Below, one piece after another: positions 1-9,520 of a DNA stretch of 32,000 nucleotides; position 1 is the first letter of the stretch, and every line of letters starts with the position of its first letter. Origin of the DNA: Formosa sp. Hel1_33_131 (lineage in GTDB: Bacteria; Bacteroidota; Bacteroidia; Flavobacteriales; Flavobacteriaceae); assembly GCF_001735745.1 (NCBI RefSeq), contig NZ_CP017260.1, positions 1,800,001-1,832,000 of the forward strand, written 5' to 3'. The notes below the pieces were generated by a model. The model ran no database searches and was not told the origin of the DNA. It was given only the letters and a program-made list of their open reading frames with translations. A program made the translations under genes and the position numbers.

Positions 1-28
1 ACTTTTACAAGATGAAGAAACTGCAACA

Positions 29-487
29 ATGATTATCCCTGACACTAATTCTATAATACAATACCCTGATCCAATTAGTTATAAAAATATTGCTAATTCA
101 AGTGAGTTTGATTTTGTAATTCTACCAACTGTATTATCTGAATTAGATAAGCTTAAAATTTCTCACAGAAATGAAGATTTTCGTAAAAAGGTAAAGTCAG
201 TTATAAAGAGGCTTAAAGGTTATAGAAAACAAGGAGATGTCCTAAAGGGCGTGACTGTAAATAAAACAGTCACTTTAAAAATGATAGCTACAGAACCTAA
301 TTTTGAAAAAACATTGAATTGGCTAGATCCAAATAATAATGATGATAGAATAATTGCTAATGCTCTTGAATTGCAGATTAATAAACCATCAAACAATTTA
401 ATATTTGTCTCTTCTGATATGAATTTTCAAAATAAAGCTCAACTAGCCAACTTGACGATATTTGACACCGATGATTTAAATAGTTAG
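29..487 (+). CDS. PIN-domain protein (PhoH/YlaK N-terminal PIN type) without an ATPase domain; possibly 5'-truncated by the window edge
   Basis: Motifs 'IIPDTNSII', 'VILPTVLSELDKLK', 'NDDRIIANALEL' and 'FVSSDMNFQNKA' match the acidic-residue pattern of PIN nucleases. The frame stays open from nt 2 to the ATG at 29. The gene converges on and overlaps the methyltransferase gene by 12 nt. Confidence 0.6.
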   Translation: MIIPDTNSIIQYPDPISYKNIANSSEFDFVILPTVLSELDKLKISHRNEDFRKKVKSVIKRLKGYRKQGDVLKGVTVNKTVTLKMIATEPNFEKTLNWLDPNNNDDRIIANALELQINKPSNNLIFVSSDMNFQNKAQLANLTIFDTDDLNS

Positions 488-1255
488 GCATTCTATTTCA
501 TTAAAGAATTCATTTATATCAGTAATGTGTGACAAATCAATTTCGTTTTTATAATGATTATCCTCTGTCAATTTCTCTATTACTATTATTTTAGTGTAAA
601 TTTTCGTTCCTGCTCTTTCAAAAACTACTGATGGCAATGATATTTCAGTTGATAAATAGAACTCTCTATTCTTTTTATCTTCAAAGAAAGCATCTAACCT
701 TTTCTGCATTGCAGTACCATTAGGAATGATAGCTATTAATTTTGAATTTTGATGATAAGATAAATGCTTTGTAGCTTTTTCAATGTGCTGCATAGCTGTT
801 TTTCCGCTTTTACCAAAAGGAGGATTCATTGCAATTCCTTCATACTTATTCCAAATAGTATGATTTTCAAACTGTTCAATTTTCACTTCACCATTTGCAT
901 TGATAGATAGTTTAGATGATAACTCGTAGCTTGGTTCAATAAATGTGTTATTTGTGTTTTCAGGAAAAAACCTACCTATGGCACCATGCCCTGCACTTGG
1001 TTCTAATGCTCTTTCTCCTGGTTGAAGATTTAACCATTCAACCATTTTAAGTCCTAATGGTTCAGGAGTAGCATAATAATCAAAGCCTTCTCTTGATTTG
1101 TTTTTTGATGTTTTCTTACCTGTGCCGAAATAGTATGTTTTTGCTTTTTCAAACTCTGTAATAACTTCTGCATTAGCTTCTGCTAAATGTATTCCTGTTG
1201 TGGTACCACCTGCACCGCAAAATAAATCTATCCAGTATATTGTTGGTTCGTTCAT
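476..1255 (-). CDS. Orphan N6-adenine DNA methyltransferase with a C5-methyltransferase-like N-terminal leader
   Basis: SAM motif 'LEPSAGHGAIG' and catalytic motif 'MNPPFG' indicate an N6A methyltransferase. The first ~30 aa, 'IYWIDLFCGAGGTTTGI', look like motif I of C5-cytosine methyltransferases. The ATG lies 3 nt after the upstream stop. Confidence 0.75.
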   Translation of the reverse strand: MNEPTIYWIDLFCGAGGTTTGIHLAEANAEVITEFEKAKTYYFGTGKKTSKNKSREGFDYYATPEPLGLKMVEWLNLQPGERALEPSAGHGAIGRFFPENTNNTFIEPSYELSSKLSINANGEVKIEQFENHTIWNKYEGIAMNPPFGKSGKTAMQHIEKATKHLSYHQNSKLIAIIPNGTAMQKRLDAFFEDKKNREFYLSTEISLPSVVFERAGTKIYTKIIVIEKLTEDNHYKNEIDLSHITDINEFFNEIECLTI

Positions 1256-1257
1256 AA

Positions 1258-3783
1258 TTAAACTGCTGTTTTTTCCAATACGTCAAATAATGTCGGCATT
1301 GTCATTTCGTTATTAATTGCCTTCACATAGAAAAGCCCGTCTTTGTAGTATTCTGTTTTTAATTCGCAAACAATAGCCTTGCGTTTCATTTTTAGAGATT
1401 GATAAGCTGTTGAGAATAAACCACCGAAAGGATCTGCTACTATATCTCCTTCATTTGAAAAGCGATTGATTATTCTTTCCAAAATATCTAACTGCAGAGG
1501 GCAAATGTGTTTCTCTTTTTTACTAGATACTTGCTTTGCATTTAGTGTTTTTGTTCTTGAGATATCATCCCAAACAAATTCGCTATTAGATACAGGCGGA
1601 ACGGTCATATATTTTCGACTTAATTTTCCATTTTCATCTAATGCCTTTGACAAATCTTTATGCAACTGAAAATCGTATAAGCCTTCTTTTTGGTATTGTT
1701 TCCAAACTTTATGAACTTGCTTCATGTTATGTTTTAGAAGTTCTGAAATTGACATCAATTTATTACCTGATGATTTCCAATAAGCATGCGCATCTAGTTG
1801 CCATAAATCAACTGAATAACCTTCTTTTGTTTTGGTTACAGGCTCATCAGCATAAGCATTATTCATATGCGTTGGTGGTTTTCTAAATAGCAAAACATAT
1901 TCAGGTAAACCAACTCCCATTTTTGTAGCATCCTTGCATTGTTCGCTCCAACCTAATCTGTATGTTTGATTATTTTCTGCAACAACATCGGTAGTAACTG
2001 TTACTTTTCCCATTAAGTAAAAACCATGCTTTTCAAAATGCGCTACGGTTTGTCCGCTAAAATCTTCAATGGTTGTAAAAGATGTTCCATTTTGATACGA
2101 ATAACGGATCCTATCTTTTACATGAATTGCAGCAACGTGTCCTGGTTTAAGTACTCTCAATAAATTTGGAGTCAAATAATCCATTTGTTTAAAAAAGGCT
2201 TGGTTACCATCATTGTGTCCGTAATCATTGTAGTTATCTGAATATTCGTAATGGTCTCCGAATGGAATTGAGGTAACTATCAACCCAACAGAATCATCAT
2301 CTATCTCTTTTTTATCTGCGAATATGATTGTGCTATCATTGTTATAACAAGTGGCATCGCCTATTTGTATTTTATCTCCGTTTTTAAATAATTGTCTTTC
2401 CATTTGTGATTTTATTTGATTAGTGTTTAAGCCATATTCACGTACTAAGGCAATCATTTCTTTTTGAAGTTCATTATGCTTTTTCCATTTCTTCATAAGA
2501 GCTCGTAATACGTGAGCCTCGTTTTGTGTATAAATGATATGAATAGCCACTTCTTTGTCTTGGCCATAGCGAAGTATTCTGTGCGTAGCTTGTATGAAGT
2601 CATTGAATTTATAATCAATACCAACAAAAACAGCTCTACTACAATGCTCTTGGAAATTACACCCTGAGCCTGCGATTTTAGGTTTTGTAGATAGTATTTG
2701 GTAGCGACCTTCACTAAAATCAATTAGTAGTTTTTCTTTTAATTGATTTTTTTGAGAGCCATATACCGATTTTAAGACGATATTATTATCTTCTTTAAAC
2801 TTGGTCTCAATTGCAGTTCTTTCAGCCTCTAAGTGATGCCATAATATCCAGTCAGAGTATTTTGCTTCCTGTTGAATAATGTCGAATGCTTTTTGCACTC
2901 GCACATCAATACTTTCACGTTTTTCTCTTGAGGTATCAATAAGACTTTTAGAATTATCCTTGAATAAAACTATTTTTCCGTGCTTATCAATTACAGGTCC
3001 ATCTTGAATATTATCTACTCGATGTTCAATGATGTTTAGTTTTGGTAAATCATAGCCAGTATCTTCATAACCTAAATCAGATGGTTTATTAATAAATACA
3101 GCCCAAGTAGATACCCATTGCCAAAACTCTTTCTTTTTAGATTCTAGTAATTGTAAATCTCCTGCTTTGGTTGAATTACGTTTGAAAAAGCGAGTTAATA
3201 AATGACCTCTATCTGCTACACCTAAATAATCAGCATAGTTTAATAACTCAATAAAATCATTTGGCGATGGAGTAGCAGTAGCGACAAAACGATATGGAAC
3301 TTTCTTGAAATATTGAAGAATGAAATCGGTAGTTTGTGTTTTTAAATTCCGAAGTATAGAAGCTTCATCAAATGATACTCCAGAGAATTTAGAAGGATCT
3401 ATATCACCTTTGCGGATGCGCTCATAATTGGTTAAATATATCTTGTTTTCGTAGTTTTCAATATTGTCTGTATCTGTAATGTACTCTATCTCATAGCCTG
3501 TATTTAATTTGCCATTATCACGCTTAAACTCACCAACCACACCTAGCGGACAAGCTATTAGAAATGGTTTGTTCTCCTTTTTTATACAGTTTACTGCATT
3601 GATTAGCTGCATAAATGTTTTACCTAAACCAAAAGATGCAAATATTGCTCTACGACCACCTCTCAAGGTCCAGTCGCAAATATCCTTTTGATGTGGCATT
3701 GCTATCTCTGGAATCCAAGTTGGTTCAAATCCAAATGATTCTGATATTATAATTTTACTTTTAAGAAACTTTTCGTAATTCAT
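1258..3783 (-). CDS. Helicase (SF2, DEAS-box) fused to an N4/N6 DNA methyltransferase domain
   Basis: Walker A 'SFGLGKTF', 'SFDEASILRN', 'ATATPSPND' and 'HRILRYGQ' are helicase motifs. The C-terminal part carries 'TSIPFG' (a DPPY-like motif IV) followed by 'DPFGGLFSTAY' (motif I), which is the beta-class order. Start taken at the internal ATG 'MNYEKF' (3783), because the longer 3858 start overlaps the upstream gene by ~100 nt. Confidence 0.75.
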   Translation of the reverse strand: MNYEKFLKSKIIISESFGFEPTWIPEIAMPHQKDICDWTLRGGRRAIFASFGLGKTFMQLINAVNCIKKENKPFLIACPLGVVGEFKRDNGKLNTGYEIEYITDTDNIENYENKIYLTNYERIRKGDIDPSKFSGVSFDEASILRNLKTQTTDFILQYFKKVPYRFVATATPSPNDFIELLNYADYLGVADRGHLLTRFFKRNSTKAGDLQLLESKKKEFWQWVSTWAVFINKPSDLGYEDTGYDLPKLNIIEHRVDNIQDGPVIDKHGKIVLFKDNSKSLIDTSREKRESIDVRVQKAFDIIQQEAKYSDWILWHHLEAERTAIETKFKEDNNIVLKSVYGSQKNQLKEKLLIDFSEGRYQILSTKPKIAGSGCNFQEHCSRAVFVGIDYKFNDFIQATHRILRYGQDKEVAIHIIYTQNEAHVLRALMKKWKKHNELQKEMIALVREYGLNTNQIKSQMERQLFKNGDKIQIGDATCYNNDSTIIFADKKEIDDDSVGLIVTSIPFGDHYEYSDNYNDYGHNDGNQAFFKQMDYLTPNLLRVLKPGHVAAIHVKDRIRYSYQNGTSFTTIEDFSGQTVAHFEKHGFYLMGKVTVTTDVVAENNQTYRLGWSEQCKDATKMGVGLPEYVLLFRKPPTHMNNAYADEPVTKTKEGYSVDLWQLDAHAYWKSSGNKLMSISELLKHNMKQVHKVWKQYQKEGLYDFQLHKDLSKALDENGKLSRKYMTVPPVSNSEFVWDDISRTKTLNAKQVSSKKEKHICPLQLDILERIINRFSNEGDIVADPFGGLFSTAYQSLKMKRKAIVCELKTEYYKDGLFYVKAINNEMTMPTLFDVLEKTAV

Positions 3784-4036
3784 TTTTTTCGCTGTTTGGT
3801 TGTATTTGTTTTTCGTAAAAGTGTTTGTACAATTCGTGTATTTTTTGCACCCATTCATTTCCTTTTGACTTATAGCGCTCTTTCCCTTTGATGATTTTCT
3901 TTATATCTTTAGGTAGAAACATTGAGGTCTTATTAAACTCTACTTCGAGATAGTAATCGCCATATTTTGGAATAGGATATATTCGTATTCCTGCTTTATG
4001 GCACTCAGACATATATTTTGCTTCTTCTCGTGTCAA
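3761..4036 (-). CDS. Hypothetical phage protein (91 aa)
   Basis: ORF in the operon frame; its start overlaps the upstream stop (4033-4036). No recognisable motif. Confidence 0.5.
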   Translation of the reverse strand: MTREEAKYMSECHKAGIRIYPIPKYGDYYLEVEFNKTSMFLPKDIKKIIKGKERYKSKGNEWVQKIHELYKHFYEKQIQPNSEKNELRKVS

Positions 4037-5811
4037 AATGGTAAATCATCGTATTCAAATTCTTCTATTTCAGGTTCAACAGATATTTGTGTTGCCTGAA
4101 TTTCTTTTCGCTTTTCATCAAATAAATTCAATCTATCAGGCACACCGTTTTTATCATAGTATCTGCCATTGGTATAATCATATTTGAAATATGCCGAACC
4201 AGTTATTTTACCTTGATTTTTGAATTTTGTTTTTAGATTTATAACCTCAGTAAATCCGTCTTTTGAACCATTATCAAAATATCTATACACACATAATCCA
4301 TTATGCGCTTGATCTCTGAAATCTCCTGAGCCTTTTACATCATAAAGTGTAGGTGCTGCATACAATCCAGTCTTATTATCCTTCTGCATTTTGACAGGAT
4401 GCGCTATTAAAAAGACATGAACATTATACGCCTGTGCGAACTGGCATAAATCTGAAAGGACATCATTGATTTCGCCAAGACTATCAGGCTTGTTTCTCTT
4501 AACCTTGTTAAATGCATCTATTACAAAAATGTCAATACCATAGCGGAATAACTGCTCTTTAAACTTGTCTAGTAACCATTTCCAGTTTACTGTTTCGCCT
4601 TTTTCAGGATATGTGATGTAAATTTTATCTTTAGACCATTTGATGTAAGTATCAATATCTTCTTTTGTCATTCTTGGATTATCTCTGAATGCATGCTCAA
4701 AAGGTTTTCCAATCACTTTTTCAGCCAATACTCCATGATGTAGTTTCATTGGAAAATGTTCAGGCGAATAGAAAGAAGCTTTGTATTTATAATCGTGGAT
4801 AATGTTTATTACATAATCTTCAATAAAGTTTGATTTCCCATGTGATGGTATTCCAGTAACAACTGTAAGTTGCCCCATCATAATTTTAAATACTTTGTTT
4901 AATTCAGCGAAGTTTGGAGATTTAGGAGCTGGACATTCCTCCATTCCATTATCGTAATAATCTAAAAGATCATCTTTAATATCTTCTGCAGTAAAAGTGC
5001 CATCTACTGGATAGTGATTTGGATTTTCAATAGCTTTTTGAAGACTTAGAATGCCTTTTTTTAGTAAATCATTAGCATCCTTTTCGCCATCAAATTCAAT
5101 TCTAGCAGATCGCCATTTTCCAAACCGTTTTATTAATTCACGTTCTAAATTTTTACCATCTTCATCAGTATCTACTGCTATAAATACTTTCTTTACGTCT
5201 TTTAAATACGCTTCGCATTCTTCAAAATAATCGCTTAAATCTTTAGCGCCATTAGGTACACTAACGCAATTTTTATATCCTGCTTCCCAAAAAGCAAGTT
5301 TATCCATTTCGCCTTCAACTATGTAAATCTCATCACATCCGATAATGTGGTTTAAACCAAATAATATTTTTCGAGTTCCTGCTGTTTGTGTGAATTTCTT
5401 ATTTCCAGATCGATATTTTTTATTGACCAGGACTGTACCTTCAAAGTAGTTGAAAACAATATTGTTTACTTTTTTAGATAATGCAGGTTGATAATACTCT
5501 TCTTCGGTTATTTTACAATCAATAATCGTTTGTTGAGATATATTGCGTTCATCCTTGAACCATTTTACAAGCTTATCAGAAATTTTAGTATAGTTGGTCC
5601 ATTGTTGATTTGGAAGCTTGTAATCATCCTTCTTTTTTAAATCACGGACAGATACTTCACCACAATTCCAGCAATTTGCCAAACCTTGGTCTATGCTTAC
5701 AGACAAACAAGGGTCTTTCTTGTTTTTTCTATTGTGAGAACATGCAGGACAAACTGTTTTTACTTTGCCGTTAGATCTGTTCTTAAGGTTTATGTCGTTC
5801 CAATTGATCAT
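4033..5811 (-). CDS. Bifunctional primase-helicase (T7 gp4/Twinkle-like): zinc finger + TOPRIM + RecA/DnaB-type ATPase
   Basis: Zinc ribbon 'CPACSHN...CWNCG'; TOPRIM '[11 protein letters not shown]' and '[10 protein letters not shown]'; Walker A '[10 protein letters not shown]'; Walker B 'IFVIDAF'. The acidic C-terminus ends '[10 protein letters not shown]'. Confidence 0.85.
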   Translation of the reverse strand: MINWNDINLKNRSNGKVKTVCPACSHNRKNKKDPCLSVSIDQGLANCWNCGEVSVRDLKKKDDYKLPNQQWTNYTKISDKLVKWFKDERNISQQTIIDCKITEEEYYQPALSKKVNNIVFNYFEGTVLVNKKYRSGNKKFTQTAGTRKILFGLNHIIGCDEIYIVEGEMDKLAFWEAGYKNCVSVPNGAKDLSDYFEECEAYLKDVKKVFIAVDTDEDGKNLERELIKRFGKWRSARIEFDGEKDANDLLKKGILSLQKAIENPNHYPVDGTFTAEDIKDDLLDYYDNGMEECPAPKSPNFAELNKVFKIMMGQLTVVTGIPSHGKSNFIEDYVINIIHDYKYKASFYSPEHFPMKLHHGVLAEKVIGKPFEHAFRDNPRMTKEDIDTYIKWSKDKIYITYPEKGETVNWKWLLDKFKEQLFRYGIDIFVIDAFNKVKRNKPDSLGEINDVLSDLCQFAQAYNVHVFLIAHPVKMQKDNKTGLYAAPTLYDVKGSGDFRDQAHNGLCVYRYFDNGSKDGFTEVINLKTKFKNQGKITGSAYFKYDYTNGRYYDKNGVPDRLNLFDEKRKEIQATQISVEPEIEEFEYDDLPF

Positions 5812-6455
5812 ACTGAAATTCTAGGTCTTTGAGGTGTTGATTGATTATTTAATGGATTTGGATATTCTTTTTTAAGCCATTTTATTGCCGTTTGATAAAG
5901 AGATTTGTAGTTTGTGTTTTTCTTCCAGTTTTCAACAGAATCTAGTATGCCATCTATTTGCTCTTTGGAATAGGTTTTTCTTAATTTTTCAAATTCAATT
6001 TCAGACAAAGACAGATGGGCAAATTTTCTATATACTTTCTCTTTATTTTCTTTTTCTCTTTCTCTTTTAGTTTCTCTTTGCTTCGGTGTAGGCTTTGGTA
6101 AAGGCTTAACAATAGGCTTCGGTGTAGGCTTTACTGTAGGCTTACTTTTACTACCACCTTTTCTACCTCCACGCACTAATTTTAAACGATTTTCACAGCT
6201 TGGAATAAATAATTTATCATTAGTTATTTTTATCAATTTTAATTTTGAAAGTTTGTCTAAAATCACATTTAAGTCCGTTTTAGAGATATTAAATTTTCTA
6301 CTCCAAACAGATATTTTAACATCGGTTTTATTATCATTGAACATTGCTAAATCTATAAGCTCTCTGTACAATCCTCTTTCAGATAGGTTCAACTCAAAAA
6401 CACTTTCAGAATTACCCCAATCTTTTGGGTACCATGTATATCCTAATTTTGCCAT
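5808..6455 (-). CDS. Phage replication-associated protein (DUF1376/YdaU-like N-terminus)
   Basis: '[11 protein letters not shown]...[13 protein letters not shown]' resembles DUF1376. A basic proline-lysine repeat linker '[21 protein letters not shown]' follows. ATGA overlap with the primase-helicase gene. Confidence 0.5.
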   Translation of the reverse strand: MAKLGYTWYPKDWGNSESVFELNLSERGLYRELIDLAMFNDNKTDVKISVWSRKFNISKTDLNVILDKLSKLKLIKITNDKLFIPSCENRLKLVRGGRKGGSKSKPTVKPTPKPIVKPLPKPTPKQRETKREREKENKEKVYRKFAHLSLSEIEFEKLRKTYSKEQIDGILDSVENWKKNTNYKSLYQTAIKWLKKEYPNPLNNQSTPQRPRISV

Positions 6456-6456
6456 C

Positions 6457-8106
6457 TTATTTAATTTTAAATATGTCTAATACACCATCAACAAAACTCA
6501 TTTCCATCTTATCAGAAGCTCCAGTTATTGTATTAGCCGTATGTCTTTTGTTTTGAATCATTTTGTATAAATCCTCATCAATTGTTCTGTTACCTAAAAA
6601 GTAAGTACACATCACATTATTAGTTTGCCCTATACGATGCGCTCTATCTTCACATTGTACACAATCGGCATAAGTCCATGGATATTCTACAAAGGCAACT
6701 CTAGATGAAGCTGTAAGTGTTATGCCAACTCCTGCAGCTTTAATATTGCAGATGATGAGTTTTGTATTAGGGTTATTTTGAAAGGCATCAATAGAAGCTT
6801 GTTTTTGGTCCTGATTATCTCTACCAGTTACAGTAACAGCATTTGGAAATTCCTTTTTTAATTCATCTACAATTGAATGAAGTACACAGAATACAATTAG
6901 TTTTTCGCCACTATCTGTAACTTCATGTATAAACTCATTTACTTCATTAAGTTTTCCAAGTGCTGAAATACGCTTTAGCGCTCCCATTTTTACCATAATC
7001 TCACCTCGTAGTTTTCTAGCAATATCTTTATCGCTACAACCTTGGCTCTTTAGATAACTTTCAAATTCATGGAATGCTTTATTGTATTCTTTGCGAGTAG
7101 TTATATCACAAAGTATAGTTTGTCTTTGCTTTTCTGGAAGGTCCTTTGCAACATCCTTTTTTTCACGTCTAAAGAAGCAATACTTATTTAGTTTGTAATT
7201 GAGTTCTTTTAGATTATCTGCTCCAGAGCCACCTTCACAATATCGAGATAGAAACCCTTTACGACCTCCAAAATTTGCATGTTGGTTCATTATGGCCAAC
7301 TGCGGAAATAAATCAATAGGCTTATTTACTACTGGTGTTCCAGTAAGCAAATACACATATTCTTTACCTTGGCAAATTCTTAATACTAATTTTGATTGTT
7401 GAGTACTTGTATCTTTACATCTATGGGATTCATCTACAATTACAGATTTGAACAAATTAATTTTATCGTTCATTTTAATATCTGTACTTTTTCTCAATTT
7501 GCCTTTTGGTGGCATAAAATCAACAAAGAACTTTTTAAGGCTTTCATAGTTTGTAATAAAAACATCAGCAACACCCATTTGATAATAGTTATGCCAACTG
7601 TTTTTGTTTTTATCATCTAAAATCATTGCCTTTTTATTACTGAACTTTTCCCACTCTCTTTGCCAATTAACCTTTGTAGAAGATGGAGCAATAACCAAAC
7701 AAGGAAAGGCATCTACACCTATGACAGTTGATAGACTAATTAATGTCTTTCCTAAGCCTTGTTCGTCACCAATTATGCAGCGTTTAAGTTTCATTGCTTG
7801 TGCAATACCATTTTCTTGATATGGTCTTAAAGTGGCTGTAATTGGCAACTTAATTTCTAATTCAGGAAGTGGTGCTATTTCTCCAACTTCTTCGGCAATA
7901 GAAGTATCTATTTTGATGAATTCAGCACGGCACATTTTAGCCAACTGTAAAACCTCAATTCTTTTATTAATTGGAACAATCCATACTTTTTTTATAGGAT
8001 CCCATCTACGGTAAGAAAGAGCCTTAACTTGGGCTAGATTTCTTTTAGCCCAGTTATTGAAAGGAATAGTTATGTGAAACTCTGTATTTCGTTCTAAAAT
8101 TTGCAT
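6457..8106 (-). CDS. SNF2-family helicase
   Basis: 'DEQGLGKT' (motif I), 'VDESHRCK' (DExH), 'LTGTPVVNK' and '[10 protein letters not shown]' (motif VI). Confidence 0.85.
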   Translation of the reverse strand: MQILERNTEFHITIPFNNWAKRNLAQVKALSYRRWDPIKKVWIVPINKRIEVLQLAKMCRAEFIKIDTSIAEEVGEIAPLPELEIKLPITATLRPYQENGIAQAMKLKRCIIGDEQGLGKTLISLSTVIGVDAFPCLVIAPSSTKVNWQREWEKFSNKKAMILDDKNKNSWHNYYQMGVADVFITNYESLKKFFVDFMPPKGKLRKSTDIKMNDKINLFKSVIVDESHRCKDTSTQQSKLVLRICQGKEYVYLLTGTPVVNKPIDLFPQLAIMNQHANFGGRKGFLSRYCEGGSGADNLKELNYKLNKYCFFRREKKDVAKDLPEKQRQTILCDITTRKEYNKAFHEFESYLKSQGCSDKDIARKLRGEIMVKMGALKRISALGKLNEVNEFIHEVTDSGEKLIVFCVLHSIVDELKKEFPNAVTVTGRDNQDQKQASIDAFQNNPNTKLIICNIKAAGVGITLTASSRVAFVEYPWTYADCVQCEDRAHRIGQTNNVMCTYFLGNRTIDEDLYKMIQNKRHTANTITGASDKMEMSFVDGVLDIFKIK

Positions 8107-8121
8107 GAATTATCCTTTTTT

Positions 8122-8673
8122 TTAAGCTGACTTTGATGTTATTACTTCTGCTTCTACCTCATAGCCTTCGAACATGTCAACTTGATTGTCTGGAGCGTGC
8201 TTTCCATTTAGATATTCGTTCACTTCAATTTTGCATTGTTCGATAGCTTCGGATAATTCATCTATAAATGCATAATCTTCATCCCAACGTAATTTTGGAG
8301 TAGTGATATTTACAGCTTTACCAATTTTTAAGAGCTTAGTACCTGAAATTGCTACGCCTTCACTGTCTCCGTTGCCAGTAATTTTAAAGGCGTGAACATT
8401 AAATTTTTCTTTGATAGGATGCTCACTATCTCCTTCTTCAATTTCAGGAAACCCATTATCTATTACGTTTTTAACTTCCTTTTTAGTTACTTCTTCACAG
8501 ATCATTGCTAAATGAGGAATAAGGTTTTCAAAGGCAGTTTTTAAGTCTTCGTGAATTGGAGCATTGCACGACATTTTTACATTGTTTTCGCCAACGTCTG
8601 TTTTTTGAACATAGGAGTAGTCTAATGAGTAAGCTCCTTTAAGTGTTCCGGATGTAATTGTGATTGTGTTCAT
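8122..8673 (-). CDS. Hypothetical phage protein (183 aa)
   Basis: ORF in the operon with an ATG start; no recognisable motif. Confidence 0.5.
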   Translation of the reverse strand: MNTITITSGTLKGAYSLDYSYVQKTDVGENNVKMSCNAPIHEDLKTAFENLIPHLAMICEEVTKKEVKNVIDNGFPEIEEGDSEHPIKEKFNVHAFKITGNGDSEGVAISGTKLLKIGKAVNITTPKLRWDEDYAFIDELSEAIEQCKIEVNEYLNGKHAPDNQVDMFEGYEVEAEVITSKSA

Positions 8674-8676
8674 TAT

Positions 8677-9063
8677 TTATTGATTTAAATTGTTAATTCT
8701 TATTTTCTTAATTGCATTTGCATATTTTCTAGCTTCCTGTAAATGATACAAGTACTTACCTCTTACAATTCGCTCATCTTTGTTTATGAAGTCAGAAACT
8801 TGAGTGCTGCATTGATTATATTTTTCAGCAAAACATTTATCTGTTTTTAAAAGATCTTTTGTGGTTTTTACATGATGAACAATTGAGCAATGAGTTCTGT
8901 CTATTACATCTCCTATATTGCAATAGGTTTCTGATGTTAGTTTTACAGATAGGGCAGAGAATATTCTCCTAGCATCCATTACGTTTCTAACCCTAGTGGT
9001 TTTTGATAAATCTACCTTGCATGATCCTTCAACTATTTCTTTTATGCTTTCAAGAATATTCAT
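8677..9063 (-). CDS. Stand-alone DnaA C-terminal (domain IV)-like HTH protein
   Basis: 'ARRIFSALSVKLTSETYCNIGDVIDRTHCSIVHHVK' parallels the DnaA domain IV pattern (aR.iamyL.r.lt..s...IG..f.rdHsTV.ha..k). Confidence 0.5.
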   Translation of the reverse strand: MNILESIKEIVEGSCKVDLSKTTRVRNVMDARRIFSALSVKLTSETYCNIGDVIDRTHCSIVHHVKTTKDLLKTDKCFAEKYNQCSTQVSDFINKDERIVRGKYLYHLQEARKYANAIKKIRINNLNQ

Positions 9064-9314
9064 AGCCTTTCTACTTTTTCTGCTACAACATTGTTGTAAT
9101 AATTGTTATGATTGTCAATCTTAAAATCGTTATAGCAAGTAACTTTTATGTAATCACCAGGACGTAGCGTTTTTGCAGTTTCTGCTAGTTGCTTTCTAAA
9201 TTCAACACCCCATTTATTCTTTTTGTTTATGGAATCAGAAACGATAGCAACTCGCTTCTTAAAAGGCGGTTTGCTTTTATCCAATATTTGTTCTATTATT
9301 CCTATTATTTCCAT
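9060..9314 (-). CDS. Hypothetical phage protein (84 aa)
   Basis: ATGA overlap with the downstream gene; ATG start at 9314. No firm motif. Confidence 0.45.
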   Translation of the reverse strand: MEIIGIIEQILDKSKPPFKKRVAIVSDSINKKNKWGVEFRKQLAETAKTLRPGDYIKVTCYNDFKIDNHNNYYNNVVAEKVERL

Positions 9315-9324
9315 TTATTCAGTT

Positions 9325-9348
9325 TAAAAAAGCTCGTTTTTCCGAGCT
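9325..9348 (-). terminator. Rho-independent terminator inside the early operon
   Basis: The minus-strand RNA reads AGCUCG-GAAAAA-CGAGCU followed by UUUUUU. It closes the 206-nt noncoding gap 9315-9520. Confidence 0.6.
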
Positions 9349-9520
9349 GTCATTCTTTCAACACTTTTGCAGTATGAAACTTTCCTGCGCCTCTGCTTTA
9401 ATCTGCCAGCAATCCAAATAATCACTCTAATAAGCTGTTAGGGATAAATTGCTTTCGACAAGTGATGCTTCGAACTCGAAGAAATCCGAGTTTATGTCAG
9501 GCACACCCTCATTTAATATC

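Noticed and set aside
1466-1886. Plus-strand ORFs (1466..1669, 1641..1886, and similarly 2493..2723, 3509..3691, 5885..6070, 6253..6480, 7199..8014, 9189..9377, 9690..9986, 11648..11839) inside or antisense to the large phage genes
   Set aside because: They lie wholly within well-supported longer ORFs on the opposite strand or in another frame. They have low-complexity, Leu/Phe/Ser-rich shadow-frame composition and no motifs.
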